A program made the position numbers and the translations under genes. From Felis catus (lineage: Eukaryota), in NCBI RefSeq assembly GCF_018350175.1, contig NC_058368.1:124808001-124872000 (forward strand): a DNA stretch of 64,000 nt, given 5' to 3'. Below, in pieces: positions 50,558-63,315 of this stretch. The notes under the pieces were generated by a model, which was given only the letters and a program-made list of their open reading frames with translations, was not told where the DNA came from and made no database searches. How positions within the stretch are numbered: position 1 is the stretch's first letter; each line of letters begins with the position of its first letter.

Positions 50558-51142
50558 ATCTGAAGAATGACAGCATTCTACATATACTATCTTTCATCTG
50601 AAATTGTCTTAAATGTGTATTTCTAGATGATAAAGGGCTAAAGCCATTCTTGAGTACTCTTAAATGAAAAATTCATCATCTTATAATTTGTTTGATAAAA
50701 CTATCATAAAGCAAAATAACAATTAAAGCCTAACCATTATTGAAAATATTTCACAAAGACTACACCTCTTTTGAAAATCCTCAATTAGAAACTTTGACTC
50801 AGCTATCAAAAAATATAAAAAATGCCTAGTTTAAGACATATTAATGCCTCTTCCCCAAATAAGTTGTGAAATAGGAATTGCTATAGCACAATTTTCCACT
50901 GATGGCAAGTTATTTCACTTAATTATACAGTCCTTAAATAGTCTCTTTTTACTTTGTAAATTCCAGGATAATCCTAGGTTGGGAGCTAATAATTTCACCT
51001 ACTATAAAATCACTGATTAATTGCCTAAAATTAAAAAAGCCTCCAGGACAAGATTTCTTGCCAGAATGGTTTAGAATCTGGTCTGTCTGGTGGGCCTCAA
51101 GGGGCCATTCTAGTTAACTGAATTAAAGCTTCAGGAGATACA

Positions 51143-51281
51143 GGGGCATCTGGATGGCTCAGTCAGTTGTGCATCCAACTTTTAATTTCAGCTCAGGTCA
51201 TGATTCCAGGGTCATGGGGTCGAGCCCCTCACTGAGCATGGAACCTGCCTGGGATCCACTCTCTGCCCCTCTCTCTGTCTC

Positions 51282-51312
<31 letters not shown>
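51143..51312 (+). mobile_element. CanSINE
   Basis: TSD aaagcttcaggagata(c/t)a at 51125-51142 and 51313-51330. Confidence 0.92.
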
Positions 51313-51314
<2 letters not shown>

Positions 51315-51694
51315 AGCTTCAGGAGATATAGTGCTCCCAGAATTGGTATAAATGTGATCCACCCCATTGCCAAAAAGTAAGAAATCCTCTATATCCCCCA
51401 GTTAACCACCAAATCATCAAATTCCTCCTTGGACTCAAACAGTATGGTTCCCTAAATAAGTATAGTTGATTAAGAATAAGCAGACTTCAGGCATAATTAT
51501 CCCACTGCTGAGCTTGTTTTAAATAACATAATACTACAGAATTCACATGATTCACTAATCTTTCACCAGTCTATCATTTCAGAGGCATGAATTGTCTTCA
51601 GTCCAAACGGAAAATTTTGACACATTTTCTAGGTCAATGGTTGTTTAGAATCTGTATCATACTCTTCCAGAGTAATAGTTACATCAATAATACA

Positions 51695-51915
51695 TACATA
51701 GATAGCGCTAACTTTTATGGTGCCTTAACTCTGTGCTAAGGCCCATTCTACATGCTGTATTTACATGGATTATCTCCTTGAATCCTTGTAACAACCCTAT
51801 GAGACACATATTATCATCTCCAACTCACAGTTAAGAAAACAGACTCAGAAAATTAACAAGTCCAAAGTCACAAAGTAAGTGGCAGTTTCTGACTCCAGAA
51901 TACTGTTCTTCACCA
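51695..51915 (-). mobile_element. MIR
   Basis: aatccttgtaacaaccctatgag...cagttaagaaaacagactcaga...ctgactccag. Confidence 0.75.
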
Positions 51916-52868
51916 TGATGCTCACTTGCTAACTTTGTTACTACTACTCCCCATTGTAAATGGCATCAAACAGGGCTATTCCAAACTGCTTCGTAAAACT
52001 ACAGTAAATTCAAAGAATGTCTCTTGCTTATAACAAGTATCCTCCTCTATGTCTTTACTCAATCTCATTTAGAGGAGTCATTAGAAACATATGGGCCTAC
52101 TGGCTAATACTGTCAAGACAAAGGTATCATTATACTTGGCAGAATGTCTGCAATATTTAAGTGGAAGATCACTAATGTCTCTAATAAATCACTCAGTTCA
52201 GTTTGCCCACTTAGAGTAGTTAGCAGCAGAGCTAAAACCTAGGGGTGTCCTGAGATTTCATTCTGAAGGATGGCTAGTTGTAATACAAGCCTGAAAAATA
52301 AAAAGCTGCATTTGGGAAAATATCAGCACATTTTCATTTCTAACGCAATTGAATTCCCTCCCAAATGACTTATTTCCCTCCACAAAAACTAGGCTCTTAA
52401 TTCCTAGGCTTGATATTTCATCAGGGATAGAAAGACTATACATACGCACAAAATATTAATAGCCCCAAAGGAGGTCACATTGATTCAAGAATTATCTATT
52501 TACTGTGCCAGTGTCAGAGCTCACACTCTGGGTGGGTCAGATGAAGGAAAGGCTGAGGATACTGACAATATCAGTCAGAAAACAGAAAGCCCAATCTATT
52601 TCAATCCCATTTGCAGTCTTAAATCACGACTTTTACTGACAAAGTCAGTATTTAAGACAGACATTTCTGAATAAAATATAATTCAAAGGTAATTTGTTTG
52701 CCAGAAGCCAAATGGCTATCTTTTTCTTCCAGATTGGCATAGCATATTTTCCTCAGGACCTGAAGGCATTTAAGATATATTTAACTTGAGAGAGGAAATC
52801 AAGAGACCACGAGGCTTCCTAAAGATACAGAAGGATGAGTGATGGTTCTTTCAAAATTAATAATTGCA

Positions 52869-53088
52869 GGGGCGCCTGGGTGGCGCAGTCGGTTAAGCGT
52901 CCGACTTCAGCCAGGTCACGATCTCACGGTCCGTGAGTTTGAGCCCCGCATCAGGCTCTGGGCTGATGGCTCGGAGCCTGGAGCCTGTTTCCGATTCTGT
53001 GTCTCCCTCTCTCTCTGCCCCTCCCCCGTTCATGCTCTGTCTCTCTCTGTCCCAAAAATAAATAAAAAACATTGAAAAAAAAAAAAAA
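52869..53088 (+). mobile_element. Young felid CanSINE, full length
   Basis: Perfect 17-bp TSD caaaattaataattgca at 52852-52868 and 53089-53105. Confidence 0.97.
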
Positions 53089-53623
53089 CAAAATTAATAA
53101 TTGCAAATCAAACTACCAAAGAATGGAAGAGAAGAAAAGCAATTATTACATCAATCAAGGCGATTACTTATAAAGGACCTAAAATATATTTCTTTTATTT
53201 ATCTTCTTTCACCTCACAAACATAGGGAGTTATGGCAAAGCTAAAGGTTGCATCATGAGTGGGGTCAGAACTACAGGATGGCCAATTAAGTATGAAACAT
53301 ACTTCTTTCCCCCATAGATTGAACCCCCTCGATTACTTCTTTTGGGTTGTGCTAAAGGCACAGGTATACTTGGTGAAAAGCAGAGTCACAAATCATTTGA
53401 GACTACTTATCTGAGATGCATGTGCAAAGATTTATGTAAGGATTTGGTTAATGCATAGGTTCTTTTTAATTTTGCACAGAGCACTAAACTATGTGTTGCT
53501 GACGAGAACACAAAGAACACATCACGTATCATAATATAATACAAATATCATTTATTATGTATACTTGACATATGTCCAACTTTATGATTACCCTACAGAA
53601 TTCAACCAATTATTCTAACAGAC

Positions 53624-54946
53624 TAGTGCCTTTGAAATATTTCAGTCTTGGGAGATTTTCACACTGTTAAAAACTAATGAAGACCTTAAATAACTTTTTT
53701 ATGTAGGTTATATCTATCAATATTTACTGTATTGGAAACTCAAAAAATGAGAAAATTTTAAAATATTTATTCATTAAAAACCATATGTTAATGTATTTTA
53801 ACAAAAAGTAACTATATTTTCCAAAACAAACAAAAATTAGTGAGAAGAGTGGCACTGTTTAAATTTCGTCAATCTTTTTAATGTCTGCCTTAATAGAAGA
53901 TAACTGAGTCTTCCTTTTGCATTCAATCTATTCTGATATGTTGTTTTGGTTAAAGTATATGAAAAAGATCCACTCTCAGACACATACGCAGTAGAAAAGA
54001 GAGGAGCATTTTAATAAACTTTGCGGATAATTGTGAATATTCTTTTTTGATGCTATACCAAAACACAATAAATACGTTTTTAAAAATTAGTTGCAATGTG
54101 GAATCTAAAACAAAACCCTAACAACAAATTTTTCATAGTTACACTACAATCCATTGATTTTTTGCATTTTAATGGATCTTTTACCCATGTTATAATGTAA
54201 AACCATGCACTATCATTTGGAAACGGTTAGTTCACTAGTTATGAAAATCTTCCAAACAACAGAAGTTTGTTTGGAAGTTTGTTGATTATAATAATGCTAG
54301 CATAAAATATTTATTAAGGTAACACTAATCTAATAAAAAATCTCCAAAAAAATCTCATAAAAAAATCCCATTAAACGTTGGGAAACTATCAAACTCACAG
54401 TAATAGACACAAGTATTTTAGAATTTTAATTTTTGTTTGAAATCTCAGGTTTTAACACTGGCAAAGATACTGCCAGTTGTTTTTCCGAAAGTAGCAGTCC
54501 TCCTTTTTGTTAATTTGGTTAACTAACAAAGAAAGAAAATGTCTGCCAAATACCTAAACTTAAATATCTATTATTTGCCAGTCATTCCTTAGGTAAAAAC
54601 AGGGTTCCAAATTTTAAAACTTATGTAACTTCCTCTTTTCAAGATGACATACTTCAATTTATAGCAGAAGGGCTTCATGAAGCAGACATCCATTTCATCA
54701 CAAAGAATATTTTAAAATTGTGCCAACTGCAGAGTGGTGAAGAATAAATACCATTACAACTAGTCCAATTTGGTACTACTGCCTTTATTTCTGTTGAGGC
54801 ACTAGCAGCTTTTGTGCCATCTGTGCAAATGTCAACACAGATAAAAAGTAAGCTCTTACTATAATAAACATTGTTTTCACCTTGCTGGCTGCAGAAAAAG
54901 TCTTAGAGACCCCAGTGGTCTGTGGCTCACACCTTGAGAACCAATG
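53624..54946. mobile_element. hAT-Charlie DNA transposon (Charlie1a-like, ~1.3 kb non-autonomous derivative)
   Basis: Contains ttatatctatcaatatttactgtatt, ttagtgagaagagtggcactgttt and ttagttgcaatgtggaatct, and ends cacaccttgagaaccaatg like Charlie1 TIRs. No TSD preserved. Confidence 0.8.
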
Positions 54947-56324
54947 GAGGATACTACAACTCACATAAAAACATCATCTGTAAACTGTGTTCTCTAGGAG
55001 ACAATAGCTATGCAATTCTGTAGTGTGGTTACTGAGCAGAAGGCCTACCACAATGAAGACTCTTGACTGAGGATCAAATGTTATGTGTTGAAATGCCATT
55101 TTCATTTGAAAATATTTCGCTTTGTACATCATCATATGGTGGTTGATAGTAGCCATGAGAATGGAGAGGGGGTAGTTGCAGAAGAAGGTTAGGAAAATGA
55201 GACTGGAAGAACCCAGGAATCCCAATGACTACCCTGACCTAGTTGATTGACAGCCGGTGCTTAATCACCCAATCGCCCAATTACCACATCTGGCAGGCAG
55301 TGGAAATGCCAGAAGCCCCAAGAAGAAAGAGAGGCCTGGTATCTAGCATTGAAGATAGCCTCAGGTGAAAGGGAACTTGGGCAAAATATTGCTGGCATCT
55401 GTGAGTTAGGTTTTTCCAATGAAGACACTGCAATGCCAGATATCACAGGGGGTCCCCTCCTTGTCCCTGTGGCTTACTTGGCAAGACTTCTTTGGAGCAC
55501 ATATTTCCATGCTCTAGTCCCATATTTACAAGGAAGTTTCAAGAGAGGAGCTGAGTAGCTCTTTACCTCCCCACATTCCAAAATTGGACCCCTAGATCTT
55601 GAATAAATATCTCATGGTATGGCTCCAAGAATTCATGCTTGTAGTATATAACTTTGCACTTTTCATTTTTGGTATGAATTTTTTTTGTTATCTTGTATTT
55701 TTAAAACCCTCGTTCTTATTACTCAGAAGTGGCATCTCTCATTCCACTGATGCTGATGAGATTATTGGTGCTGTTTGGGTAACAAGAAGGAACAACTGGG
55801 GTAAAGGGTATATACACAAGGTCTTTTCTTGTTGTGTACAGAAAATACTGAAGAGGCACTGTAATAGTTTCCCCACATACCCTACATGATTTATCTACCA
55901 GCAATTCCTGTGGTATTAGTAATATCTCTAAGTAATTCTACTTTACAGATGGAGAATGGAGGTACCGAAGGTTTAGCTAATTTAGTTAAATCAGTAGACA
56001 AATTTAAGATTTGAATACTGTTAACCTGATGTGTTTTCTAGGCCAGTGGTTCTGGGGGATTTCAGGATCCAGGCTCATATTCCATCTCTGTACCCATCAC
56101 TAACCTTGCACTCTACCCCCACCAAAAAAAATTTTTTTTTTCATTCCAACTTGTTATCCATATTGTTGATATATCTGAAGAGTTAATTAGGAGAGTGATA
56201 ATGACAGTGAATATTAAGTAAATATCAGCAGCTAGCAAGAAAGAAAAGTTTACTAGAAAAGCTTTTCCATGGTGGCTTTTACTTATAAAAATATGTTCTT
56301 AACATGTGTTTCATTGCTTTTTTA

Positions 56325-56564
56325 CTTTTTTAAATTTTTTAATGTTTTTTTTTTGTTTTTTGTTGTTGTTTTTTTTTTGAGAGAGACAGAGACAAAGTAT
56401 GAGCAGGGGAGGACCAGAGAGAGGGGGAGACACAGAATCTGAAGCAGGCTCCAAGCTCCGAGCTGTCAGCTCAGACCCCGATGCGGGGCTCAAACCCACA
56501 AACCATGAGATCATAACCTGAGCCAAAGTCGGACACTTAACCACCTAAGCCACCCAAGTGCCCC
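56325..56564 (-). mobile_element. CanSINE
   Basis: Reverse SINE ending ...gccacccaagtgcccc. Confidence 0.92.
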
Positions 56565-57559
56565 ACTTGGTTGGTTTTTTAAAATAAATTTTGAATACTG
56601 ATTCACTTGCCCATTTTACCCTACCCAGCAGTATACTCATTTCACCTATAATTAATATCTGCAAGTAGAACTCTTAACTTCTTTCAATTTGATTGTTAGG
56701 TCTGTATTTATATTATAGGAAGTACTCTATAATTTAATACTTACTTTTTTAAATGTGCTACTTTGAATTGATTTGTAACCTCAGTTGCCTTGTTTTCCTT
56801 GTCTTTTTTCTATAAGAAAAACTTCTGTTGGATTTTGATTTATAGAACTAAATATACTCTGACAGAAGCATGGGGAAAGCCCCACTGTTATTAAGGCTTT
56901 ATTCAATTATAGGTAGAAATGAAATTTAAAAACTTTCTGCAGTACAGAGAGCATTCACATTGAGTGAACCATTTTATTAGAACAGTGATAGTTTCTGCTA
57001 TTGCTTATTTCTACTTTTGTCACTGGACCCTCCATCTCTGGCTCAGGCAATTAGCTCATTATGGATACTTGAATTATTGATAATAACTACTTGGCACTTA
57101 ATTAGGGCACTGTGCTAATGAGGCCAAATTGCAGCTGTGTGTCTGTGGCTGTCATTGGTTTCACTCCATTCGCCCCAACCTCAGCTCACTATCTTGCATC
57201 ATGCTTTCTACCAAGTTCACAAAGGAGACTTAGCAAGCAGTCAAGAGTTGAGTCAATAAAAAACCAACAATGCTGCCAAATAACGTTCAAAATGCTTATT
57301 CTACTGATAGGGAATAAAAAGCATGATTTAAATTAGTACGTACGTAATTCTTATTACATCCTGAATTTGTACAAGGCATTTTGACTAATGGAAACTGAAG
57401 TATTACTGAAGTTACTTTAAATTATCTTAACAAAGATTCAGTGTCTATAATGTTCATGACATTATGCTAGCCATGGTGAGTGATTAAAAAAAGGCCTTGT
57501 CCCTACCTTATTATAGCCTAAAATAGAGGTGGGAAGATAATTATAATGTGTATGTCATT

Positions 57560-57770
57560 ATTAAACGGTTATGTTGAAGATAATGTTCTAAGTACTGTAT
57601 ATATATTACCTTATTTTCTCCCCAACCATTTAGGTAGGTATTATTATCCCCATTTTGCTAACAAAGAAACTAGGCTCAGGAAGGGTAAATCATTTACCGA
57701 AAGACATTAAGTGTCTGAGCTATGATTCAACTCATGCCTCTTTGATTCCAAAATCTTAACAGTTAACTAC
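57560..57770 (-). mobile_element. MIR
   Basis: aggtaggtattattatccccattttgctaacaaagaaactaggctcagg. Confidence 0.75.
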
Positions 57771-58559
57771 AATACTATAAAGTACAAAGACTTAAAATGA
57801 TAAAACAAGACACCAAAAAAAAATTTAATATAGTTCAAATGTTACTACACTTAACCAAACCACTGATACAAAAAAAAGTCACAGAAAATTCAAGAATAAT
57901 ACACAAATCCTGCTTTTGCTTCATCTGTTCCCATGGAGTATTTGGTTGCCTTTGTGAAATACACATCCCTCTCCAGTTATTTTGGGGAAACCACAAAGGA
58001 GGTGCAGTCTCGTATGTTCTCACAAACAATTTTTTCAGCTACAGTCCTCAGGAGGCACCTAAGTGAGGGTTTATGGAACATGAAGAGTTAGCACTAGACC
58101 TTGTAGACACAGAGTCTTACCCTAAGTAGAATGGAGGAAACAGTCTCAACTGGCTACCACAGTGGTGTTTAGAGAACACACAAATAATTCTTTTAATCTA
58201 TACTTAGTTTTGGGATCCCTCAGAGATGGTCACCCACATATACATTCACAGATTGAACCTGGTCCCCCAAATCTCTCAGTCATTATTAAGGGCATTCAAA
58301 GGGTCATGTCTGGAGCTTGAATCAAAAACAAGCATATGCAAATGTGGACTTGAAGAAGTCGCTTTTGGGAGAGGGGGACAGGGAATTTGGGGTTTGATTT
58401 CTGCTACAAAGACAGTATTATATGCTCACTACACCATTTTTTGTGAGCACACAGAATATATGGCCCAGCTTTCTCTGCACATAGGTTGGGAATTAGTGGA
58501 ATATAGATGAATGTACTGAAACCACTTGTTACAATGGTCATCAAAAACATCTCCCTCAA

Positions 58560-58800
58560 TGGTCTAGCATTCTCTACCCACTTCATGGTGACCTGGGAAA
58601 TCATGTATCCAGATAACACAGTTAGATGAGGAAAGTCCAACTGCATCCTTAGGTCATAGTGTTAAGATGAGCTACTAAAAAAAAACTACCTGACCTGAGT
58701 CAGACTCTGATATGAGCAACAAATAAATCTGTGTTCCATTAAGCAAGGAGATTTGGAGGGTTATGTTACCTAGGCATGACTCAATCTATCTTCACTGACA
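58560..58800 (+). mobile_element. MaLR LTR 3' part (MLT1J-like); likely 5' LTR of the adjacent internal relic
   Basis: tgagcaacaaataaatct...ttaagcaaggagatttggagggttatgttac...ctatcttcactgaca. Confidence 0.7.
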
Positions 58801-58959
58801 TGACCCCTGAGTGGAAGCTCCAGGACTCTTAGTATATATCAGCAAATTTTCCTCCCCCCAGGGATATCATTGTGTTTGATATTTAGGATAACAAACAACA
58901 GGTTAGGGATTATGGGAAGCAAGTAGTTGTGCCATCCAAATATTCCTTGGTGACAAACT

Positions 58960-59700
58960 AATAAAGGAGGAAAGGGACTATAGGAACCATACCACAAAAG
59001 ACTGCCAAAAACTAGCTATATGTACCAGCAGGTCTGGGGGAAGATATGTAGGACTGGATTCTGAGGGTACTTGATCAAGGGCCTGAAACATAAAAATGGG
59101 TAGTAAATAGTGTGTGCACTTGGGGTTGTTTTTCTCAGATCTAGGATTTAACACCTTGGAGAAGATCCTAGGAAATGGTAAACTCACTACTCCAATAACT
59201 CCCAGAAGTTTGGAAAAAGGGATGGACATGCTGAGTGAAGTTGAAATGACAGAATTACCATGGTGGATAGTGGACAAAGGGATTAAGAGCTCAGGGAAGT
59301 GGCCATACTGGAATAGATATACTATTTATGGCCAGAAGACCATCAGAAGATAGTGCTCCATAGGAAACCCAAAGGACGCACCATTTGTAAAGCCATAAGG
59401 TATACACCAGTGAGAAGAGTAAATAAATAAATAAATAAACAAACAAACACAGTGTTGGCTCCCCTTTGTAGGCCAGGGCAGACCAGGGTAAGAGATACCA
59501 TTACAGAACTGGACTGACTGACAGCAAAGGAAATAATAGGGCTCCAGAACACACAGTCCAAAACCCAGCAGTTTACAGTCATTACAGGGATCAGCAGAAC
59601 TGATGTGGCAGTCTAGACTGCCTAACTCAAAGCACAGCATCCAAAGGATGCTGCCAAAATAATAAATGGCAGACAAAAATACTATTCAACTTGTACTAGT
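58960..59700 (+). pseudogene. Decayed ERVL/MaLR gag relic
   Basis: Manual translation gives EERDY, DWILRVLDQG (from 59052), GFNTL, LSEVEMTELPW and LCRPG..ITEL, collinear with ERVL Gag, with stops and frameshifts. Confidence 0.85.
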
Positions 59701-59968
59701 AGAAAGTTAAGGACAGATACCTGGCAGGTTGAGAGCACTCCTCCCAATAAATTGTCATAGTTCTTACCCAATTTCTGGACCTGAGCCAGTTTTCGGCTCC
59801 AAACCCATTGCTTGAAGATGTAGACAAATTCCTAGGAGAAAGGACTATACTACACCATTAATAAGGAAGCACAAACCTGGTGAGCCTCCTGAGGTTCTAG
59901 AGACAACATATCCACATGCAAGGATACTTTGCCAGCCCACATACTGGGTGATACAAAAGGCTGCTAGA

Positions 59969-60856
59969 GCCACTCTGGAAAACAGTGTGGAGGTTCCTCA
60001 AAAAATTAAGAATAGACCTACCCTATGACCCAGCAATAGCACTGCTAGGAATTTATCCAAGGGATACAGGAGTACTGATGCATAGGGGCACTTGTACCCC
60101 AATGTTTATAGCAGCACTCTGAACAATAGCCAAATTATGGAAAGAGCCTAAATGTCCATCAACTGATGAATGGATAAAGAAATTGTGGTTTATATACACA
60201 ATGGAGTACTACGTGGCAATGAGAAAGAATGAAATATGGCCCTGTGTAGCAACGTGGATGCAACTGGAGAGTGTGATGCTAAGTGAAATAAGCCATACAG
60301 AGAAAGACAGATACCATATGTTTTCACTCTTATGTGGATCCTGAGAAACTTAACAGAAACCCATGGGGGAGAAGAAGGAAAAAAAAAAGAAAAAGAAAAG
60401 AGGTTAGAGTGGGAGAGAGCCAAAGCATAAGAGACTCTTAAAAACTGAGAACAGGGGCGCCTGGGTGGCGCAGTCGGTTGAGCGTCTGACTTCAGCCAGG
60501 TCACGATCTCACGGTCCGTGAGTTCGAGCCCCGCGTCAGGCTCTGGGCTGATGGCTCAGAGCCTGGAGCCTGTTTCAGTTTCTGTGTCTCCCTCTCTCTC
60601 TGCCCCTCCCCCGTTCATGCTCTGTCTCTCTCTGTCCCAAAAATAAATAAACGTTGAAAAAAAAAAATTTAAAAAAAAAAAAAAAAAAAAACAACTGAGA
60701 ACAAACTGAGGGTTGATGGGGGGTGGGAAGGAGGGGAGAGTGGGTGATGGGTAGTGAGGAGGGCACTTTTGGGATGAGCACTGGGTGTTGTATGGAAGCC
60801 AATTTGACAATGAATTTCATATATTGAAAAAAAATAAAATTAAAATTAAAAAAAAA
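59969..60856 (+). mobile_element. Young felid-type LINE-1 3' fragment containing a nested SINE
   Basis: ORF2 C-terminus, 3'UTR and A tail. Perfect 14-bp TSD aaaaggctgctaga at 59955-59968 and 60857-60870. Confidence 0.96.
60454..60692 (+). mobile_element. Young felid CanSINE inside the L1 3'UTR
   Basis: TSD aactgagaaca at 60443-60453 and 60693-60703; long A tail. Confidence 0.96.
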
Positions 60857-61499
60857 AAAAGGCTGCTAGATTTCTGGGTGGCCTAGAATAGAAAAGACTG
60901 TAAAGCAGGTCCAAGTTATGGTAAAAATAGCCCTGCCACTAAGGCCATATGATCTGCAGACACTATGGTTTTTAAACTATCAGTAATAAGAAAACATGCC
61001 ATTTGGAATTGATTGCAAGTCTCAGTAAAAGAATTATATACTATGGAAAACTACAGGTTTTAGTACCTGTCTCAGTGTCTGCTTCCAGAGAACCAATCTA
61101 TGATCGGGTAAATTGGATATTTCCAACTTTGCCACATGATGAGGATGCATTACAGAAGGAAATAAGGAAAAAATATGAACTTCATGGGAAGCATATACTG
61201 AGTGTATCTGTATGTTTCTATATTTTTACAAAGGGAAATTAGCCCCCCAAACAGGCAATTCATTATGTCCTCCATGAAAAATTTTCTGAAGAGTACTGCC
61301 AATATCCACTCCATGTACCTTTCATAGGAGGAAGAGGCCACTGTCCTTACAAAGTCATGCAAGATCCAACACTCAAGTAGCAGTGTCAGAGTCTGATCCT
61401 TGTATTCACTGAAGAATAACATCAAGAAATGTTGGAAATTGAAAGGATTTTTCAGGTCTTTACCCTCATTGATAGAGCCTGACATCATTCTACGGAGGC

Positions 61500-61597
61500 T
61501 TCAAATGTCTGACAGTCACTTTCCTACCTTCCTTTGGGACTATGGCATGGAACCTAAAGAGAAGTCTGCTGAAGTCTTCTATGAAAGGCTTCCTACC

Positions 61598-61639
<42 letters not shown>

Positions 61640-61890
61640 CAACCTCACAAGGAAGTAATGCTCTTGAGGCCTCAAACCATGGCACCCATATGCAACCATT
61701 AGGAGACACACCAAACTAAAGATGACAGCAGAGTAAGACAAAAGAGCTTGTGTCATTGATAATAACATGGAGCTGTTGAACCAATTCATGAAATAATCTT
61801 AAGTCCTAAATTTTTATTTTGACATAATGCGCCCCTTATTTTTAAGGTCATTTTTACTTGGATATTATGATTTTCAGCCAAAAGTACTGT
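61500..61890 (+). mobile_element. MaLR LTR (MLT1-like) with an expanded A tract
   Basis: gatgacagcagag...aagagcttgtgtcattgat...ggagctgttgaacc...tttaaggtc...cagccaaaag. A run at ~61604-61637. Confidence 0.55.
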
Positions 61891-62609
61891 GTTCAAGCAT
61901 TTTCTAATCCAGTAACTTTGTTTCACAGATAAAGAAACTGAGATTCCAAGTAAGTAACTTGTTCAACACTTACAGTGATTAAGTGAAAGAGCTACAACTC
62001 AAATGCAGATATCCTGATTATTGGACTAAAGCACTTTCTGCCAACCCTTGGAGAACATTCTAGTTGGAATCAAAAGGAAGTAGGAAGACCAGAGAGAGGC
62101 CTGGTAGGCTCTGAGGGGAAGCAATCTCAGGCACTCAGGGACAAGAGGATTTGTGATAGAGTACAGACCAAAGGGATAGGATTCCAGCCAATTGTGAGTG
62201 ACTTCCCTGCCTTGTTCCTGACCTCATACCCCACCCTTGTGTCCCCAGAAAGCCAATTAAAAATAAGCACTGACCATGTCACTGTCCTAGATACATAAAA
62301 ATAACATTACTGTACATGACCAAAAGTGAACCAGATTCTCTGAATTTTTTTCCAACTTCCAAAAATAGTTAGGACTTTCTGCCAAAGAGAGTGGGGTTTG
62401 AATTCCCATGAAAAAAAAAAAATCAGTTGATGGCATTTGCTCCAGTGTAGAGATAATTAAACACACACTGAAGAATGGAATTCTCCATGCTCTCTCACTA
62501 TATCAGCCTGTTTTCTGAAAATAAATAAGGGAAAAAAAGAAACAACCAAGATGTAGTGAAGAAAGCACTGGACTTGGAATCAGGAAAACTGGATTCTAGA
62601 TTTTAGGAA

Positions 62610-62778
62610 ACAGATGCCATTCTTTTTAGTGACCCAGCATCTAACCCTTCCTTTACAGGTTAGAGGAATCTCTCATTTTAAGACACAGAGCCCATCCTTC
62701 ATTGTATCAGCTTAAAAGGCCAGATATTTATTATTCCAGGCTCCCTTGCAGCTAGAATTTGGGTACTTGATGGCTCAC
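62610..62778 (+). mobile_element. LTR33-like ERVL LTR fragment, continuing after the MLT2 at ~63316-63390
   Basis: ggccagatat...ctcccttgcagctag...ggctcac|caatcaaaggcac...agattttgaa. Confidence 0.55.
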
Positions 62779-63315
62779 TGTAATGGCTTATTTGATGTGT
62801 TAACTTACCGAGTCACAGGCTGCCAGATATTTGGTTAAACAATATTCTGGGTATGTGTGTGATAGTGTGCCTGTGAGGATGTTTCTAGATGTGATTAACA
62901 TTTCAATCTATGAACTGAGTAAAACAGATTGCCCTTTCCAATGTGGTGGCTCTTGTCCAATCCATGGAAGGACTAAATAAAAAAAAAAAAAAAAAAAAAA
63001 GGCAGAGTAGAAAAAATGTGTTCTTTGTGCCTAACCTTCCTCAAGCTGAGATATCTGTCTTCTCCCACCTTTAGACTCAGACTGGAACTTATGCCATTGG
63101 CTTTCCTGGTTCTTAGGACTTTGACTTGGAATGAAACTATACCATCAGCATTCTTCGGTCTCCAGGCTTGCCAACTGCAGATCTTGAGACTTCTCAACTT
63201 CTACAACTATATGACACACTCCTCATAATAAATCTTATTGCTTATTATGTAATTCTTACAATAAATCCTATATATCCTACTAATTCTGTTTCTCTGGAGA
63301 ATCCAGACTAAAACA
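62779..63315 (+). mobile_element. ERVL solo LTR (MLT2D-like)
   Basis: TG...CA ends (tgtaatggc...gactaaaaca), ccagatatttggttaaac, gattgccctttccaatgtgg, ctgcagatcttgagacttctc, ttctgtttctctggagaatcc. Degenerate 5-bp TSD ctcac / tccac. Confidence 0.88.

Larger units (their letters stand above)
59860..61070 (+). pseudogene. Decayed ERVL pol relic (RT thumb/connection region) split by an L1 insertion
   Basis: F*RQHI..QPTYWVIQKAA lies before the L1 and KQVQVMVKIALPLRPYD after it, matching ERVL Pol FWRQHIPHL..PIY.VTRKAA..QVQAAVQAALPLGPYD as I recall it. Confidence 0.8.

Noticed and set aside
61604..61637. A34 tract as the tail of a retrocopy
   Set aside because: No upstream mRNA-like body or TSD; it lies within LTR-like sequence and looks like a homopolymer expansion.
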